Positions 62,936-64,000 of a stretch of 64,000 nucleotides of DNA are shown one piece after another; the first letter of the stretch is position 1; each line of letters starts with the position of its first letter. This DNA is from Methanobacteriota archaeon (GTDB lineage: Archaea > Thermoplasmatota > E2 > DHVEG-1), in contig CAVYNH010000006.1 in assembly GCA_963769885.1 (NCBI GenBank), positions 576,001 through 640,000 of the forward strand, in the 5' to 3' direction. The position numbers and the translations under genes are program-made. The notes under the pieces are model-generated. The model saw only the letters and a program-made list of their open reading frames with translations. It did not search any database and was not told the origin of the DNA.

Positions 62936-63662
62936 CATGAAGCCAGAAAAACTCATCGTAGACGGCCGCCGGCTCGATGGCCGCGGCCCCAGCGATCTAC
63001 GGAAGATCAAAATCGAGGCAGGCGTCCTGCATCGAGCAGACGGCTCTGCCTATTTGGAATGGGGCGGCAACAAGGTGTTTGCCGCGGTGTACGGGCCTCG
63101 TGAGGCCGTGCCCCGCCACATCCAGAACCCCCTCAGGGCCATCGTCAACGCCCGGTACAACATGGCGGCGTTCAGCGTTGAGGACCGCAAGCGTCCCGGG
63201 CCGGACCGCCGCAGCGTCGAGATCTCCAAGGTCATCTCCGAGGCGTTGCAACGCTGTATTCTCACCGAGCAGTTCCCCCGCGCGTCCGTGGACGTCAACA
63301 TCGAGGTCCTGGATGCAGAGGCGGGCACCCGGTGCGCCGGGCTGACCGCCGCCGCGGTCGCGCTCGTGGACGCGGGGATTCCCATGCGGGACATCCCGGT
63401 GGCCTGCGCGGCCGGCAAGATCGACGGGCAGGTCGTCGTCGACCTCGGCAAGGAAGAGGACAACTTCGGTCAGGCTGACCTGCCGATGGCGATTGCGCCC
63501 CGGACTGGTGAAGTGCTTCTCCTGCAGATGGATGGGCATCTCACGGTCGAGGAGTTCAACAAGGCCTTTGATATGGCCGTCGAAGGGTGCTGTAAGGTCT
63601 CCGAGATTCAGAAGAAGGCGATTATGCAGCGTTATCACGTGGTCGACGAGGTGATCGAATGA
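62925..63662 (+). CDS. rrp41: Exosome subunit Rrp41
   Basis: [21 protein letters not shown] and DAEAGTR motifs. Confidence 0.96.
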   Translation: MYDNMKPEKLIVDGRRLDGRGPSDLRKIKIEAGVLHRADGSAYLEWGGNKVFAAVYGPREAVPRHIQNPLRAIVNARYNMAAFSVEDRKRPGPDRRSVEISKVISEALQRCILTEQFPRASVDVNIEVLDAEAGTRCAGLTAAAVALVDAGIPMRDIPVACAAGKIDGQVVVDLGKEEDNFGQADLPMAIAPRTGEVLLLQMDGHLTVEEFNKAFDMAVEGCCKVSEIQKKAIMQRYHVVDEVIE

Positions 63663-64000
63663 CGGTCATTCCGGTGTTGAAGAAGGAGTACGTCACGAAG
63701 CTTGCCGAGGAGGGTAAGCGCGTTGACGGCAGGGCCTTTGGCCACTATCGGCCCATCTCGATTGAGACGAACTGCGTCAACAAGGCTGAGGGTAGTGCCC
63801 GTGTGAAGATCGGGAACACCCAGGTCATCGTCGGCATCAAGATGGATGTTGGTGAGCCATTCCCGGACACGCCTGATTGTGGAGTCTTGAGCACGGCCGC
63901 GGAGCTTATCCCGCTGGCCTCGCCCGATTTCGAGGCTGGGCCGCCGCAGCGTAATGCGATCGAGCTGGCGCGGGTCGTGGACCGAGGCGTCCGCGAATCC
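63659..64000 (+). CDS. rrp42: Exosome subunit Rrp42 (truncated by the window edge)
   Basis: ATG 63659 overlaps the rrp41 stop; MTVIPVLKK...KRVDGR...[11 protein letters not shown]...PFPDTPD...FEAGPP...[14 protein letters not shown]. Confidence 0.93.
   Translation, partial: MTVIPVLKKEYVTKLAEEGKRVDGRAFGHYRPISIETNCVNKAEGSARVKIGNTQVIVGIKMDVGEPFPDTPDCGVLSTAAELIPLASPDFEAGPPQRNAIELARVVDRGVRES

Overview
Archaeal chromosomal DNA, most consistent with Thermoplasmata and probably a peptide-fermenting Thermoprofundales/MBG-D-like lineage. This is inferred from the unsplit RpoB, PGF-CTERM proteins and many secreted proteases and PKD/NosD proteins. Core content: priL-tmk, a divergent family B DNA polymerase, a histone deacetylase-family protein, coaD, trm5, four tRNAs (Ile2-CAU, Thr-UGU, intron-containing Tyr-GUA, Lys-UUU), an S-layer-like glycoprotein, a four-gene proline dehydrogenase/sarcosine oxidase-like cluster, rpoH-B-A'-A''-rpl30e-nusA, queE and the psmA-SBDS-rrp4-rrp41-rrp42 operon. 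The most striking feature is about 12-18 kb of compositionally mosaic DNA beyond the 3' end of tRNA-Ile(CAU). Its gene blocks are separated by copies of the tRNA 3' end of varying degeneracy (22424, 16755, 14107, ~11842). The copy nearest the tRNA sits at the centre of a symmetric 126-bp attP-like site with AGATTG-N16-CAATCT arms. No integrase is present in the window, so this looks like a tRNA-anchored, integron-like array of sequentially captured cassettes. The cargo comprises secreted proteins sharing a C-terminal domain, a candidate homoserine catabolism operon and an Lrp module. All calls come from reading the sequence and from motif knowledge; no searches were run.
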